Shown here in pieces: positions 37,457 through 48,421 of a stretch of DNA of 64,000 nucleotides; position 1 is the first letter of the stretch; every line of letters begins with the position of its first letter. The position numbers and the translations under genes are program-made. This DNA comes from an uncultured Blastocatellia bacterium. Lineage in GTDB: Bacteria > Acidobacteriota > Blastocatellia > HR10. A model generated the notes under the pieces. That model saw only the letters and a list, made by a program, of their open reading frames with translations, was not told the DNA's origin and ran no database searches. The stretch lies in assembly GCA_937934295.1 (NCBI GenBank), contig CALHAI010000008.1, forward strand, positions 32,998 through 96,997. Direction: 5' to 3'.

Positions 37457-38937
37457 AGCTCCGTGCTCGCCATCTCGATGGCGCGGATCACCGAACGGGC
37501 TTTGTTCACCGTCTCCTGATGCTCCCGCTCGGGAAGAGAATCGGCGACGATCCCGGCACCGGCTTGGACATAGGCCCGCCCGTGCCGGACGAGCGCCGTG
37601 CGAATGACGATGCAGGAATCGAGGTTCCCGGAATAGTCGGCGTAGAAGACGGTCCCGGCATAGATGCCGCGCCGTGTCGGCTCCAATTCGTCAATGATCT
37701 CCATGGCGCGAATTTTCGGAGCGCCGGTGACCGTGCCGGCCGGGAAACATGCGGCCAGGACATCGAAGCGATCTTTGTCCGGCCGACGTCGCCCGCGAAT
37801 CGTCGAGACCAAATGCATGACATGCGAGTAGCGTTCGACGACCATCAGGTCGGTGACCTCTACCGAGCCGGGGGCAGCCACGCGCCCGACATCATTGCGC
37901 CCCAAATCCACGAGCATCACATGCTCGGCCCTCTCTTTCTCATCCGCGAGCAAGTCGGATTCGAGTGCGCGATCCTCAGCGTCGGTCGCCCCTCGCGGGC
38001 GCGTTCCCGCGATCGGACGATAGGTGATCTCCTCCCCCACGAGCCGCACAAGCATCTCCGGCGACGCGCCGACCAGATGCATCCCGTCCAGCTCCATGTA
38101 GAACATGTACGGCGAGGGATTGATCATCCGCAGCGCCCGATACACTTGAAACGGGTCGAGATCGCCCACCTCGACCTCGAATCGCTGTGAGAGGACGATT
38201 TGAAAGGCATCACCGCGCGCGATGTAGTCCTTCGCCCGGCGCACCCGCTGCTCGAACTCATCCGGCTTCATGTTGGAGCGCACAAGGAGCGGATGGGCCG
38301 GCGCACTCGTTCTCGGGATCTCCACAGAGCGCTGCAGCAGCGCTTCCATCGCTTCGATCTCGGCGACGGCGTGCTCATACTTCTCTCGCAACCGATGCTC
38401 GCGTCCGCCAGTGAAAACGTTGGCGACGAGAAGAATCTGATGGCGCGCGTGATCGAAGGCCAGCAAGGTCGAGTAGAACATCACCTGAGCGAGATCGAGC
38501 GGCAGATCGTTCTGCGCGCGCGCCGGAATGCGCTCGAACCACCGCACGGCATCGTAGGCCATATAGCCGACCGCCCCCGCCGTGAAGGGCGGCAGACCCG
38601 GCCACGTCACGGGATGATACGAAGCCGTCAGCTCCCGCAAGAGGTCGAGGAAAGCGTCGCCGCGCTCGACCCGTTCGTGAGCCGCCTCGACCACACAGTG
38701 CTCCTCCTGCGCACGAACGACCGTATGCGGATTCGCCCCGATGAAGGAATAGCGGGCGATTTTCTCCCCCCCTTCGACCGATTCGAGTAAGAAGGGGAAC
38801 CGCGCCTGCGCACGAAGGCGTAGGAACGCCGAGACGGGCGTGAGCATATCGGCCGCAATGACCTTCGTCACGGGGATGACATTCCCCTCTCGCGCCAGAT
38901 CGCGCACCTCCGCGAACGTCGGTCGAATCATTCCCAT
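37453..38937 (-). CDS. trpE: Anthranilate synthase component I
   Basis: LTPVSAF, LLESVEGGE..ARYS, NPSPYMF, PIAGTRPRG, KERAEHVMLVDLGRND, ERYSHVMH, FPAGTVTGAPK.RAM, QAGAGIVADS. Confidence 0.95.
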   Translation of the reverse strand: MGMIRPTFAEVRDLAREGNVIPVTKVIAADMLTPVSAFLRLRAQARFPFLLESVEGGEKIARYSFIGANPHTVVRAQEEHCVVEAAHERVERGDAFLDLLRELTASYHPVTWPGLPPFTAGAVGYMAYDAVRWFERIPARAQNDLPLDLAQVMFYSTLLAFDHARHQILLVANVFTGGREHRLREKYEHAVAEIEAMEALLQRSVEIPRTSAPAHPLLVRSNMKPDEFEQRVRRAKDYIARGDAFQIVLSQRFEVEVGDLDPFQVYRALRMINPSPYMFYMELDGMHLVGASPEMLVRLVGEEITYRPIAGTRPRGATDAEDRALESDLLADEKERAEHVMLVDLGRNDVGRVAAPGSVEVTDLMVVERYSHVMHLVSTIRGRRRPDKDRFDVLAACFPAGTVTGAPKIRAMEIIDELEPTRRGIYAGTVFYADYSGNLDSCIVIRTALVRHGRAYVQAGAGIVADSLPEREHQETVNKARSVIRAIEMASTEL

Positions 38938-38941
38938 GCGT

Positions 38942-39625
38942 TCACCTCGACGGCAAGACGCGGCTCTCGCTCGCTCGCCCCGTACGACTCCGCAGCTCGA
39001 AGAGAATGTCTCTCGGATTCAGCTCCCGATCGGCCATCAGCACAAGCAGATGGTAGAAGAGATCGGCGATCTTGCCGCTGAGCTCCTTCTTCGATCCCGC
39101 TTTGGCCGCGATGGCCGTGTCCACGAGCTGTTCGCCCAGGCGCCGCAGGATGACATCCACACCGCCGCTGAGCAAGAGGGCCGTGTACGAATTCTCCGGA
39201 CGTTCGCGATTTCGCTCTTGAATGAACTCGAACAACTCGGCGAGCAGAATCCCCATCTCCATCGAAGCGAGCCCCACGACCGAGACTTCATCCCGCTTCT
39301 CCTCCAGCTCCGCGAGCTCTCGAAAGAAGCATGTCCCTTCGCCCGTGCGACAAGCCGGACCGCGCGGATCCACTTTCACGATCAAGGCGTCCCCATCGCA
39401 ATCCACGATGATGTTCACGACGCGCTGCGTATTCCCCTCAGCTCCCACCTCCCGTTGCACGCACCGAGCGCGCGCGTTCCAGGTGTGCGTCTCGCCCGTT
39501 CGCAGCGTGAGCGCCAAGGCCTCGGCGTTCATATAGGCGAGCATGAGGATGCCTCCCGTCTCATGATCCTGAATGATCGCAGGGATCAAGCCGCGTTCGT
39601 CGAAGCGCAGCCCTTGGATCACCAT
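38942..39625 (-). CDS. hisIE: HisI-HisE fusion homologue with degenerate catalytic motifs
   Basis: HisI-like FDERGLIPAIIQD..LMLAYMN..DCDGD..GPAC.TG..TCFF and HisE-like SYT.LL..G...ADLFYHLLV. The SRSR/LWxKGETSG and EExxE...ExxD motifs are altered (see findings). Confidence 0.8.
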   Translation of the reverse strand: MVIQGLRFDERGLIPAIIQDHETGGILMLAYMNAEALALTLRTGETHTWNARARCVQREVGAEGNTQRVVNIIVDCDGDALIVKVDPRGPACRTGEGTCFFRELAELEEKRDEVSVVGLASMEMGILLAELFEFIQERNRERPENSYTALLLSGGVDVILRRLGEQLVDTAIAAKAGSKKELSGKIADLFYHLLVLMADRELNPRDILFELRSRTGRASESRVLPSR

Positions 39626-39672
39626 AGCCCCCTTCGCCTCGATCGCGCTGCTCCCCCAGAAAATCCTTGGGA

Positions 39673-39702
39673 AATGTACGCCAGGAAGACAGAGACTGTC
39701 AA
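39673..39702 (-). promoter_or_regulatory. sigma70 promoter of the hisIE-trpE-cyclophilin-trpG unit
   Basis: Minus strand TTGACA (39702-39697), N18, TACATT (39678-39673). Confidence 0.65.
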
Positions 39703-39740
39703 CGACGGCACTCGACGCCCGAGTCCCCAAACAAAGTCCC

Positions 39741-40067
39741 TCACGGAACGTTCTCGCCCGACGTCCATCCGGGCGGCTCCGGCAACCAATCGCGCGTGAA
39801 GATGTCGGCTCCCGTTAAACCAACGATCAAGAGGAACCAAAAGAGCGCAGCGCCGACAAACCCCCAGATCAACCGCGGGCTGTATTTCAAGTGCATGAAG
39901 TAGAAGACGACAAGGAGCGCCTTGGTCGTCGCCAGCGCAAGCGCCACAGAGATGTTCAACCATCCGAGATCGTAAAAGGCCACATCCACCGTCACCAGCG
40001 TCAGCAGCAACAGCGTGATGAAGACGAGCCAATACACGCGTTGCGGAACGATCGGGGAATGCGCCAT
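39741..40067 (-). CDS. ctaF: Cytochrome c oxidase subunit IV (caa3 type)
   Basis: 108 aa, 3 TMs, L.LA..KALLVVFYFMHLKY motif. Confidence 0.9.
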   Translation of the reverse strand: MAHSPIVPQRVYWLVFITLLLLTLVTVDVAFYDLGWLNISVALALATTKALLVVFYFMHLKYSPRLIWGFVGAALFWFLLIVGLTGADIFTRDWLPEPPGWTSGENVP

Positions 40068-40084
40068 AGAGCCTCCCCCTCCCT

Positions 40085-40780
40085 TTATGCCCGGCTGATC
40101 AGATACAGCAACGGGAAGAGATAAATCCACACGACGTCCACGAAATGCCAGTAGAGCCCGGCGACTTCCACCGGGGTGTAGTAGTGCGGCGAGAAGCGCT
40201 CGCGCCACGCTAAGATCCAGAGGACGGCGAGCACGCCGATCCCTATGACCAGATGAAGAGCATGAAGCCCGGTCATCGCGAAGTAAAAGGAGAAGAAGAG
40301 TTGCGCCGTGCGCGCATGCGGTCCCTCGAACTGAAAGGACGGTCCAGGCACCAGATGCTCGTGCGCCTTATGCGAGTATTCGATGACCTTCACGCCGAGG
40401 AAGACCACCCCCAAAGCCATCGTCAGGGCCAGAAAGAGCCGCAGCGCACGCGACCGCCCCAGTTGCGCGCTCCGCACGGCGAGCGCCATCGTTAAGCTGC
40501 TGCAGATGAGCACTGCTGTATTCAAGGCGCCGAGCCGATAATCGAGGTGACGACTCGCCACGGCAAAGCCTTCTGGATAAAGCGATCGGTAGATGGCATA
40601 GCTGGCGAACAGACCACCGAAGAACATGATCTCGGTGATGAGGAACACCCACATGCCGAGCGTGGAGGCCTCGAACTGTTGCTCCGGGTCATCGAAATGA
40701 GACGCTAGCGGGGAACGTCCCGACGCGATGGACGTCACCGAAGCCGTCGGAGGTGAGGTCGAGGACTGCTCAGCGCACAT
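40085..40780 (-). CDS. ctaE: Cytochrome c oxidase subunit III
   Basis: [49 protein letters not shown]. Confidence 0.95.
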   Translation of the reverse strand: MCAEQSSTSPPTASVTSIASGRSPLASHFDDPEQQFEASTLGMWVFLITEIMFFGGLFASYAIYRSLYPEGFAVASRHLDYRLGALNTAVLICSSLTMALAVRSAQLGRSRALRLFLALTMALGVVFLGVKVIEYSHKAHEHLVPGPSFQFEGPHARTAQLFFSFYFAMTGLHALHLVIGIGVLAVLWILAWRERFSPHYYTPVEVAGLYWHFVDVVWIYLFPLLYLISRA

Positions 40781-42404
40781 GGGCTCCCTCCGATTTGGGG
40801 GAGTAATCATAAGGCTCTCCCGTGACCACCGGCGTCACATCGAAATTATGCGGCGGAGGCGGCGAAGGCACGAGCCACTCCAGACCTTTCGCCCCCCATG
40901 GATTCTCCGGCGCCTTCGGCCCGTAGCGCAGCGACCAGATGAAATAGATCATCGGGATGAGATACCCGACGCCAAGGATCGAAGCGCCCGCCGAAGACAT
41001 GACGTTCAGGACCTGAAATTCCTCGGGATAAACATGATACCGCCGCGGCATCCCCAGATACCCGAGGACGAACTGCGGGAGGAACGTCAGGTTGAAGCCC
41101 ACGAAGATGACCAGCGCGGCAAAGCGCGCCCAGCCCTCCGGGTAGACCTTCCCCGTCATCTTCGGCCACCAGTAGTGGAGTCCGCCCAAGTACGCCATGA
41201 TCGTCCCGCCCACCATGATGTAGTGGAAGTGCGCGACGACGAAATACGTGTCGTGCACGTGCACATCCACCGCCAGCGTGGCCAGGAAGATCCCCGTCAG
41301 CCCGCCAATCGTGAAGAGCCCGATGAAACCGAGCGCATAGAGCATCGGTGCCTGATAAGAGACCGAGCCCTTATACAGCGTGGCCGTCCAGTTGAACACC
41401 TTCACAGCCGAGGGAATCGCCACCAGCATCGAGAGCACCGAGAACACCATGCCGGCATAGACGGACTGCCCACTCGTGAACATGTGATGCCCCCATACGA
41501 GAAAACCCAGGGTCGCGATGGCGATGCTGGAGAAGGCGATGAAGGAATAACCGAAAATGCGTCGCCGGGAGAAGCAGGTGATCAACTCGTTAATGACCCC
41601 CATGGCCGGAAGGATCATGATGTATACGGCCGGATGCGAGTAGAACCAGAACAGATGCTGAAAGAGCAAGGGATCCCCCCCGAGCTTCGGATCGAAGATC
41701 CCGATGTGGAACAACCGCTCCAAGCCCACGAGCAGAATGGCGATGGCGACCACCGGCGTCCCCAGGATCATGATGAGGCTCGTCGCATAGTGCGCCCAGA
41801 TGAACAGTGGCAACCGGAACCACACCATCCCCGGCGCCCGCATCTTGTGAATGGTCACCAGGAAATTCAGCCCTGTCAGGATTGAAGAGAATCCCGTAAT
41901 GAAGATCCCGACGGCCGTGAGCATGACGTTGGAGTTGGAATACGTGCTGCTGTAGGGCGTGTAGAACGTCCAGCCCGTGTCCACCCCACCGAAGAGAGTC
42001 GCTGCCAGCGTGAACAGCCCCCCCAGGGTGTAGATATACCAGCTCAACAGGTTCAACCGCGGGAAGGCCAGATCCCGCGCCCCAATCATGAGCGGCACCA
42101 AGAAGTTCCCGAGTACGGCCGGGATGGCCGGGATGAGGAAGAAGAAGATCATGATGACGCCGTGCATCGTGAAGAGCCGATTGTACGTCTCCGATTGCAC
42201 CAGATCTCCCGGCGGCGTCATCAGCTCCAAGCGAATCAAAACGGCGAAGAAGCCGCCCAGGAAGAAAAAGAGTGTGACCGAGACCAAATACAGCAGCGCG
42301 ATCCGCTTATGGTCGGTCGTGAACAACCACGATCGTATCCCATAACTCACGTTCAGATAGTTCACGCGCGAAGCGCGCGGCGATTCCACCACAGGCGTGC
42401 TCAT
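40770..42404 (-). CDS. ctaD: Cytochrome c oxidase subunit I (A-type heme-copper oxidase)
   Basis: [54 protein letters not shown]. Helix VI reads YSHPAVY, i.e. A2-type without the Glu. Confidence 0.97.
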   Translation of the reverse strand: MSTPVVESPRASRVNYLNVSYGIRSWLFTTDHKRIALLYLVSVTLFFFLGGFFAVLIRLELMTPPGDLVQSETYNRLFTMHGVIMIFFFLIPAIPAVLGNFLVPLMIGARDLAFPRLNLLSWYIYTLGGLFTLAATLFGGVDTGWTFYTPYSSTYSNSNVMLTAVGIFITGFSSILTGLNFLVTIHKMRAPGMVWFRLPLFIWAHYATSLIMILGTPVVAIAILLVGLERLFHIGIFDPKLGGDPLLFQHLFWFYSHPAVYIMILPAMGVINELITCFSRRRIFGYSFIAFSSIAIATLGFLVWGHHMFTSGQSVYAGMVFSVLSMLVAIPSAVKVFNWTATLYKGSVSYQAPMLYALGFIGLFTIGGLTGIFLATLAVDVHVHDTYFVVAHFHYIMVGGTIMAYLGGLHYWWPKMTGKVYPEGWARFAALVIFVGFNLTFLPQFVLGYLGMPRRYHVYPEEFQVLNVMSSAGASILGVGYLIPMIYFIWSLRYGPKAPENPWGAKGLEWLVPSPPPPHNFDVTPVVTGEPYDYSPKSEGAHVR

Positions 42405-43354
42405 CGCTGCTCTCCTCCGAGCGACTTGAGATAGGCCAAAAGCTGCAGCAATTGCTCCTCAGTGATCTGCCCCTGATAGGTCGGCATACTCGATGGCGAG
42501 GCGAATCCAGCGACGATCTTCGCGTCTGGATTCAGAATGGATTCCCGCAGATATGCCTCGTCAGCCACGACCGTCCGCCCATCCGCGAGCCTCACCGGAC
42601 GACCAAAGAGCCCGCGCAGCGATGGGCCCAGCCCTGGATCGTCCTCTCCATGACAGGTGTGACAGGCCAACTGCTGAAAGAGGCGTTCCCCCGCTTGCGC
42701 GAGCGACTCGATGCGCCCGCCGCCCCCGCTGTTCAGCCAATTCTGATACTCAACCGGGTTCATGACGATAACCCATCCGCTCATCTCCGAATGCTTCGTG
42801 CCGCAATATTCCGCACAGAAGAGGCGATACCGTCCCGGTCGCGTCGCTTCGAACCATATGCTCGTGTATCGGCCCGGCACGACGTCCTTCTTCACGCGAA
42901 AGTCGGGGATGTAGAAGCTGTGGATCACGTCCTCGGTCGTCATCGTCAGTTTGATCGGGCGACCGGCCGGAATGTGCAGCTCGTTGATCTCCCGCTGACC
43001 GGTCGGATGCTGAATGTGCCACATCCACTGCTTCCCGACGACATAGACTTCGAGCGCCTCCGCCGGCGCGCGCCCGTACATCTTGAAATAGAGCGCCGCT
43101 CCCCATCCGAAGATCATCAGCACAAGCCCCAAGGGGACGGCGATCCAAATGATCTCCAGCGTCAACGAACCGCGAACCGGTGGCGGCACCTCCTCCTCCG
43201 AACGCCGCCGATATTTGATCGCGAAGACCGTGATCAAGATGAAGATGAGGGCGATGAAGAAAAGGCTCATACCGACCAAGAATCCGTAGAGCGCGTCCAC
43301 CTCAGGCGCGAACGTGGAAGCGCGCTCAGGGAGAAGTGGGAAATCCCTCCACAT
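42401..43354 (-). CDS. ctaC: Cytochrome c oxidase subunit II with fused cytochrome c (caa3)
   Basis: Two TMs, DVIHSF, CuA motif [13 protein letters not shown]-terminal CHTCH heme site. Confidence 0.95.
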   Translation of the reverse strand: MWRDFPLLPERASTFAPEVDALYGFLVGMSLFFIALIFILITVFAIKYRRRSEEEVPPPVRGSLTLEIIWIAVPLGLVLMIFGWGAALYFKMYGRAPAEALEVYVVGKQWMWHIQHPTGQREINELHIPAGRPIKLTMTTEDVIHSFYIPDFRVKKDVVPGRYTSIWFEATRPGRYRLFCAEYCGTKHSEMSGWVIVMNPVEYQNWLNSGGGGRIESLAQAGERLFQQLACHTCHGEDDPGLGPSLRGLFGRPVRLADGRTVVADEAYLRESILNPDAKIVAGFASPSSMPTYQGQITEEQLLQLLAYLKSLGGEQR

Positions 43355-43365
43355 GGCTTCCTCCC

Positions 43366-44223
43366 TCACCCCAGCATACGCTTCTTTCGACGATCCCGAT
43401 GAAGCATCACGAGGATGAAACCGCCCAGGGCCAGCACCGTCGCCGCGCCCGCCAGCCGAAGAACGTTCATGACAAGCAGGCTGTATTTGCCCGTCTTCGG
43501 GTCATAGTGGTAGCAGTAGAGCAAAATCTGATCCACCGGCGAGCCGATTCTCCCTTGCGCTGCTTCAATCAGACCGAAGCGGAGGTCTCGCGGGGCATAC
43601 TCGATCCCATAGAAGTATCGAGCGATACGTCCTTGCGGCGTGAGGACCATGATCCCACTGGCGTGCGCGAATTGCCCGGTCTCAGGGTCAAAGGCATAGC
43701 GGAAGCCAACGGCTTCCGTCAACCGCCGAATCGCCGTCTCCTCCCCAGTTAGGAAGTGCCATCCCCCCTCGGCCTCTGGACGCCCATAGCTTCGCACATA
43801 CGCGCGCTTTTTGGCCGCCGCCAACTCCGGCCCCTCGCGCGGATCGAAACTCACGGTCAGGACGGTGAATTCCTTTCCCACGGTCAGAGGGAGCGCGCGC
43901 AAGCTCCGCAACACCCCATTCAAAATGAGCGTGCAGAGCATCGGACACTCGTAGTAGACGAGCGCGAGAATGACCGGCTTCTCGCCAAAATATTCGCGGA
44001 GCGAGATGGCGCGCCCCTGTTCATCGCGGAAAACGAGATCCAGCGGAATCTGCGCATCGAGCTTCTGGTCAATGCCGACCTCTCGCAGGATCGGCGCCGG
44101 TTGCCCCGACGGCAAGCTCTGCCCTCGACCCTCGCCAATGAGCGAAAGCCCAAAGCCCCAGGCCAACGCCAGGCTGAGGCTCACCCAGGACATCGCGTGA
44201 ACATGACTCTCCCGAATCCTCAT
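43366..44223 (-). CDS. SCO/SenC-family copper chaperone
   Basis: YYECPMLC (CxxxC), FAHASG, signal peptide and C-terminal TM. Confidence 0.9.
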   Translation of the reverse strand: MRIRESHVHAMSWVSLSLALAWGFGLSLIGEGRGQSLPSGQPAPILREVGIDQKLDAQIPLDLVFRDEQGRAISLREYFGEKPVILALVYYECPMLCTLILNGVLRSLRALPLTVGKEFTVLTVSFDPREGPELAAAKKRAYVRSYGRPEAEGGWHFLTGEETAIRRLTEAVGFRYAFDPETGQFAHASGIMVLTPQGRIARYFYGIEYAPRDLRFGLIEAAQGRIGSPVDQILLYCYHYDPKTGKYSLLVMNVLRLAGAATVLALGGFILVMLHRDRRKKRMLG

Positions 44224-44678
44224 CGTTCTTCCCCCTTGTTCTCCCGCACCATGCCCTCCTTGGCGTGAAGGCCCCCTTCAGGAGGCGAAGAGGACTCCAT
44301 CGCCTGACCGCGAGGGCGAACCGGAACGCCGCGTTCCAAGAGAAGCTCCATCGCCCGTTCGATGGGGATGCGGACGACGCCCGCTTCCCGATTGATCCAT
44401 CCGTAGGTGTTCAACCGCTCCTCCTCCCGCTGACGCAGCGCCTGCAAATTCCGCTCCGGAGCGACCTGCAGTCGCGGCGGAGGCGGTAACACGCGCTCTT
44501 CACGGAGGGGCGAAGGCGGCTCCATGGCTCGTTCGGCACGCTTCTGGAAGAAGGTGAAGCTCCCCCACATGAGGAGTACGGCACCCACAGTCAGGGCAGC
44601 GAGTCCGAAGATCAAGACCACGATCATTCGCGGGCTCACATCCCGTTTCTCGTAGCGCGGTTCGGTTGCCTCACTCAT
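44220..44678 (-). CDS. Single-TM membrane protein in the act-cta operon (possible ActG-like accessory subunit)
   Basis: 152 aa, one TM, PPPRLQ..P and IPIERAMELL motifs; overlaps both neighbouring genes. Confidence 0.65.
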   Translation of the reverse strand: MSEATEPRYEKRDVSPRMIVVLIFGLAALTVGAVLLMWGSFTFFQKRAERAMEPPSPLREERVLPPPPRLQVAPERNLQALRQREEERLNTYGWINREAGVVRIPIERAMELLLERGVPVRPRGQAMESSSPPEGGLHAKEGMVRENKGEER

Positions 44679-45831
44679 GAGAAGCTCGTCCCTCCACGGC
44701 TCCGGGATCATGGACGGGGATCAGCTCATGCCGCATTGCGGCCCTCGCCCAGGAGGCGAACCAAAGTCCCCCGATCCCGAAAAACGCCGCCGCGTTCGAC
44801 CAATGGGGCCCGATCCCCCTCTCTTCGAACGCCGGCATGATGGTCCAATAGAGGTCCACCACGCGCATGGTCAGAATCATCCCGGCCAAGGCCGCCAGCG
44901 TCCGTACGTTTCGCTTCATCGCGCGGGAGAGCAACAACAGGAACGGGATCAGAAGATGGAAGATGATCAAAAGCCCGGCCATCCCCTCCCATCGCCCTCG
45001 CGTTCGGCGTAAATACCATGGAATCTCTTCCGGGAGGTTCCCCGACCAAATGATGAGGAACTGTGAGAACGCGACATAGGCCCACAACATCACGAGCGCG
45101 AGCAAGAGATTCCCCAGATCGTGGGACACATCGCTCGTCAGAATCTCCGACAGCGGCCGAGCGCGCGAGAGCCAAACGGCGATGAGGATCGCCGCGGCGA
45201 ACGCCGTGAGCCCTTGCCCGAGGATGAATTGGATCCCATAGATCGTCGAATACCAGTGTGGTTCCAACGACATGACCCAATCCACCGCCGCGAAGGTGAT
45301 CGTCCCTCCATAGAGGACGAGGCCTGGCCCACTGAGTGCTCGCAGCCGGTGGCTCAGCTTGGGATCCCCCGTGCGATCCTGTTCGTAGGACCACCTCGTC
45401 ACCAATTGCGCCAGCGCGATCCACACGACGAAATAGAGGACGGCGCGAAGGGAAAAGAAGGGGACGTTCAAATATCGGCTCTTATGTCGAAGGATATCGT
45501 CGGCGGCGACGGCCTCCGCATGCGTCCACTCATAAAGAGAGGAAAGCCCGAAGAAGATGGGGACGAAGAGCACGGCCATCAAGACGGTCGTTCGCGCTCC
45601 CGCCTCCAGGATGCGCCGGATGGCGAATCCCCAGCGACCGCCGGTCAGATGATGCAGCATCACTAATCCCGCGGAACCGATCGAGAGCCCGAGCCAGAAG
45701 AAATGCCCAAAGAGATACGACGGCCAGAAATGTTCCGGATCCACAAGCGCCACAATGAGCGCCAACGACAGCCCGACGAGCCCGATGCCCACGGCGCGGC
45801 GCGAGAGCGCTTCGAGCATCTTCGCGTTCAC
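44671..45831 (-). CDS. actF: Alternative complex III subunit ActF
   Basis: About 10 TMs, HLTGGRWG, DWVMSLEPHWYSTIYG, WAYVAFSQFLIIWSGNLPEE. GTG start overlaps the actE stop. Confidence 0.9.
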   Translation of the reverse strand: MNAKMLEALSRRAVGIGLVGLSLALIVALVDPEHFWPSYLFGHFFWLGLSIGSAGLVMLHHLTGGRWGFAIRRILEAGARTTVLMAVLFVPIFFGLSSLYEWTHAEAVAADDILRHKSRYLNVPFFSLRAVLYFVVWIALAQLVTRWSYEQDRTGDPKLSHRLRALSGPGLVLYGGTITFAAVDWVMSLEPHWYSTIYGIQFILGQGLTAFAAAILIAVWLSRARPLSEILTSDVSHDLGNLLLALVMLWAYVAFSQFLIIWSGNLPEEIPWYLRRTRGRWEGMAGLLIIFHLLIPFLLLLSRAMKRNVRTLAALAGMILTMRVVDLYWTIMPAFEERGIGPHWSNAAAFFGIGGLWFASWARAAMRHELIPVHDPGAVEGRASHE

Positions 45832-46418
45832 TCCCCCCCTCCCCTCAACTGACGTCGTTGGGCCGGCGGAACGTCCTGGAGCGCCGCGTTCTGGCTGAGC
45901 TGCAAAGCGCGAATGTAGGCGATGATCGCCCACCGATCCTCCGGCCGAATGCGCGACGCGTAACCGTACATCGTCCCAAAGCCGTTGGTGATGACCTCGA
46001 AGAAATGGCCGACCGGCGCCTGTCGCAATCGGTCCGTGTGCAACGATGGCGGTTGCCGGAACCCACGCTGGATGATCATCCCCTCGCCATAACCATCGCG
46101 CCCGTGACATGGCGCACAGAAGATATCGTAGCGTTCCCTCCCGCGCTCGAGGATCGGACGCGTGATGGGAAAGGGGAAGGTCTCCGCGAGTCGACCATTG
46201 CTCTTACCCGTGTACAGATGCTCATCCATCTTCGCATAGCCGCGGGGGACCGTTCCCTCGACCAAAGGACGTGACGCCCGACCATCCTCGAAGAAGGGGC
46301 TTCCGGCCAATGGCTTATATCTCGGCTGATCATGCATATCTTGGCGACACGCGCTCCCCCCAAGAGCGAGCACAAGGAGAACGCCCGCACCCAACCGGCC
46401 TCGCGCGCCAGCGTTCAT
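45828..46418 (-). CDS. actE: Alternative complex III subunit ActE (monoheme cytochrome c lipoprotein)
   Basis: Lipobox LALGGSAC, RQDMHDQPRYKP, CAPCHG, WAIIAYIRALQ. Confidence 0.9.
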   Translation of the reverse strand: MNAGARGRLGAGVLLVLALGGSACRQDMHDQPRYKPLAGSPFFEDGRASRPLVEGTVPRGYAKMDEHLYTGKSNGRLAETFPFPITRPILERGRERYDIFCAPCHGRDGYGEGMIIQRGFRQPPSLHTDRLRQAPVGHFFEVITNGFGTMYGYASRIRPEDRWAIIAYIRALQLSQNAALQDVPPAQRRQLRGGGE

Positions 46419-46435
46419 GCGCCGAGTGCTCTTCC

Positions 46436-46975
46436 TCACGGCTCCACCTCCCAAACGCCATCGGCCCCGAGCGCTTCCAAGAAGCGGCGCGTGGCCTCCC
46501 GATCGAACTTCGGATCGCGCGCCTCAATCAACAGGAAGAACCGATCGCGACTGGCCAATGCGAAGCGCGGCACGTTGAAGACGGGATGATAGGGCATCGG
46601 CAATCCGTTCAACGCGAGCATGCCCAAAACGGCGGAGAGCGCGGCGAAGAAGATCGTCGTCTCAAAGACGATGGGGATGAACGCCGGCCAGCTATGAAAG
46701 GGCTTCCCGCCGACGATGAGCGGATAATCGATGACCTCGGCATAGTAAAGGAGGGCATAGCCGAGCGCGCCGCCGAAGAGCCCGCCGAGCAAGACGAGTA
46801 TCGGCAAGCGCGTGCGATGAAAGCCGAGGGCTTCGGCCAGGCCTTCGACGGGGAAAGGCGTATAGGCATCCATCCGCCGATACCCCTCGGCATACGCGCG
46901 TTGTGCTGCCGCCAAGACCTTCTCCGGAGCATTGAACTCCGCCAACAATCCGTAGATGTCCGTCCGTTCGGCCAT
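46436..46975 (-). CDS. actD: Alternative complex III subunit ActD (DUF3341)
   Basis: GLLAEF, DAYTPFPV, 2 TMs, GGKP..SWPAFIPIVFE, DRFFL.IEA. Confidence 0.9.
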   Translation of the reverse strand: MAERTDIYGLLAEFNAPEKVLAAAQRAYAEGYRRMDAYTPFPVEGLAEALGFHRTRLPILVLLGGLFGGALGYALLYYAEVIDYPLIVGGKPFHSWPAFIPIVFETTIFFAALSAVLGMLALNGLPMPYHPVFNVPRFALASRDRFFLLIEARDPKFDREATRRFLEALGADGVWEVEP

Positions 46976-46990
46976 GTGTCTCCCCTTCGC

Positions 46991-48421
46991 TCATGACAAC
47001 GTCGGCGCCTCGGCCGGCCGCGTCGTCCCTTTGCCCGAGGCCGGAGCCACCTCCGGCAGCAGCGCCCGCATCTCGAAGATCGAGATGACCGGCAGCAGTC
47101 GAATGAACAGAAACAGCAGCGTCAGGAAGAGTCCGATCGAGCCCAAGAACATCGTCCAGTCGAAGACCGTCGGCCTGTACATCCCCCACGACGAGGGGAG
47201 GAAATCCCGATGCAAGCTCGTCACGACAATGACGAATCGTTCCAACCACATCCCCACATTCACGAGGAGCGCGATCGCAAAGAGCGCGCGCACGCTCCGA
47301 CGCACGCGCGCCGACCAGAGCGCCTGCAACACCCCCACATTGCACACGAGCAGTGCCCAGTAGATGGGCGCATACGGACCACGCAGTCGATTGAGGATCA
47401 TATAGCGCTCATATGGATTCCCGCTGTACCACGCCATGAAGGCCTCCATCAGATAGCCGTAGCCGACGAGCAAGCCCGTCGCGAGCATGATCTTGGCCAT
47501 ATTGTCCAGATGCTTCATCGTGATGAGGTCCTCCAACTCATAGAACTTTCGGAGCGGAATGGCCAAGGTCATCACCATGGCGAAACCAGAATAAATCGCT
47601 CCAGCGACGAAATACGGCGGGAAGATCGTGGCATGCCATCCCGGGATGATCGAGATGGCGAAATCGAAGCTCACGACCGTATGCACGGAGACGACGAGCG
47701 GCGTCGCCAATCCCGCCAACAGCAGATACGCCATCTCATATCGCGCCCAATGGCGCGCCGACCCGCGCCACCCCATGGCGAGGAATCCGTAGAGAATTCG
47801 CCAGAGCCGCCGCCGCGCCCGATCCCGCAACGTCGCCAGATCGGGGATCAAGCCGATGAACCAGAACAAGAACGAGACCGTCGCATACGTCGTGATGGCG
47901 AAGACATCCCACACCAAGGGACTGCGCGGCTGCGGCCACGTCCCCATCGTGTTCGGATAGGGCAGAAGCCAATAGAAGAGCCACGGCCGCCCCATGTGCA
48001 GCAAGGGATAGAGTCCGGCGCATGCGACGGCGAAGAGCGTCATGGCTTCAGCGAAGCGATTGATCGAAGTCCGCCACCGCTGCCGCAGCAACAGCAAGAT
48101 CGCGGAGATCAGCGTCCCCGCATGCCCGATCCCAATCCACCAGACGAAGTTGATGATGTCGAACCCCCAACCGACCGGGACCGTGACGCCCCAGATGCCC
48201 ACTCCCGTCGCCAGCAAATACGCCGCCGTGAAAAGCAGCAGCAGGAGCAGAAGGAACGCCATCGTGAATCCGAAGAACCATCCGCGCGGCGTGCGCCGCG
48301 TGAGCACGAGGGCGCTGATCTTATCCGTGATCGAAGCGTACGTGTACCCGGGCGCCAAGATCGCCGATTGCGGATCAAACGGCGTCCCGATCTCCACCAT
48401 TCGGTCCTTCTCTTCGCTCAT
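46991..48421 (-). CDS. actC: Alternative complex III subunit ActC (NrfD/PsrC family)
   Basis: [57 protein letters not shown]. Confidence 0.95.
   Translation of the reverse strand: MSEEKDRMVEIGTPFDPQSAILAPGYTYASITDKISALVLTRRTPRGWFFGFTMAFLLLLLLLFTAAYLLATGVGIWGVTVPVGWGFDIINFVWWIGIGHAGTLISAILLLLRQRWRTSINRFAEAMTLFAVACAGLYPLLHMGRPWLFYWLLPYPNTMGTWPQPRSPLVWDVFAITTYATVSFLFWFIGLIPDLATLRDRARRRLWRILYGFLAMGWRGSARHWARYEMAYLLLAGLATPLVVSVHTVVSFDFAISIIPGWHATIFPPYFVAGAIYSGFAMVMTLAIPLRKFYELEDLITMKHLDNMAKIMLATGLLVGYGYLMEAFMAWYSGNPYERYMILNRLRGPYAPIYWALLVCNVGVLQALWSARVRRSVRALFAIALLVNVGMWLERFVIVVTSLHRDFLPSSWGMYRPTVFDWTMFLGSIGLFLTLLFLFIRLLPVISIFEMRALLPEVAPASGKGTTRPAEAPTLS

Noticed and set aside
39626-39672. trp/his attenuator leader
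   Set aside because: No leader peptide with Trp or His codon runs and no terminator hairpin with a U-tract.
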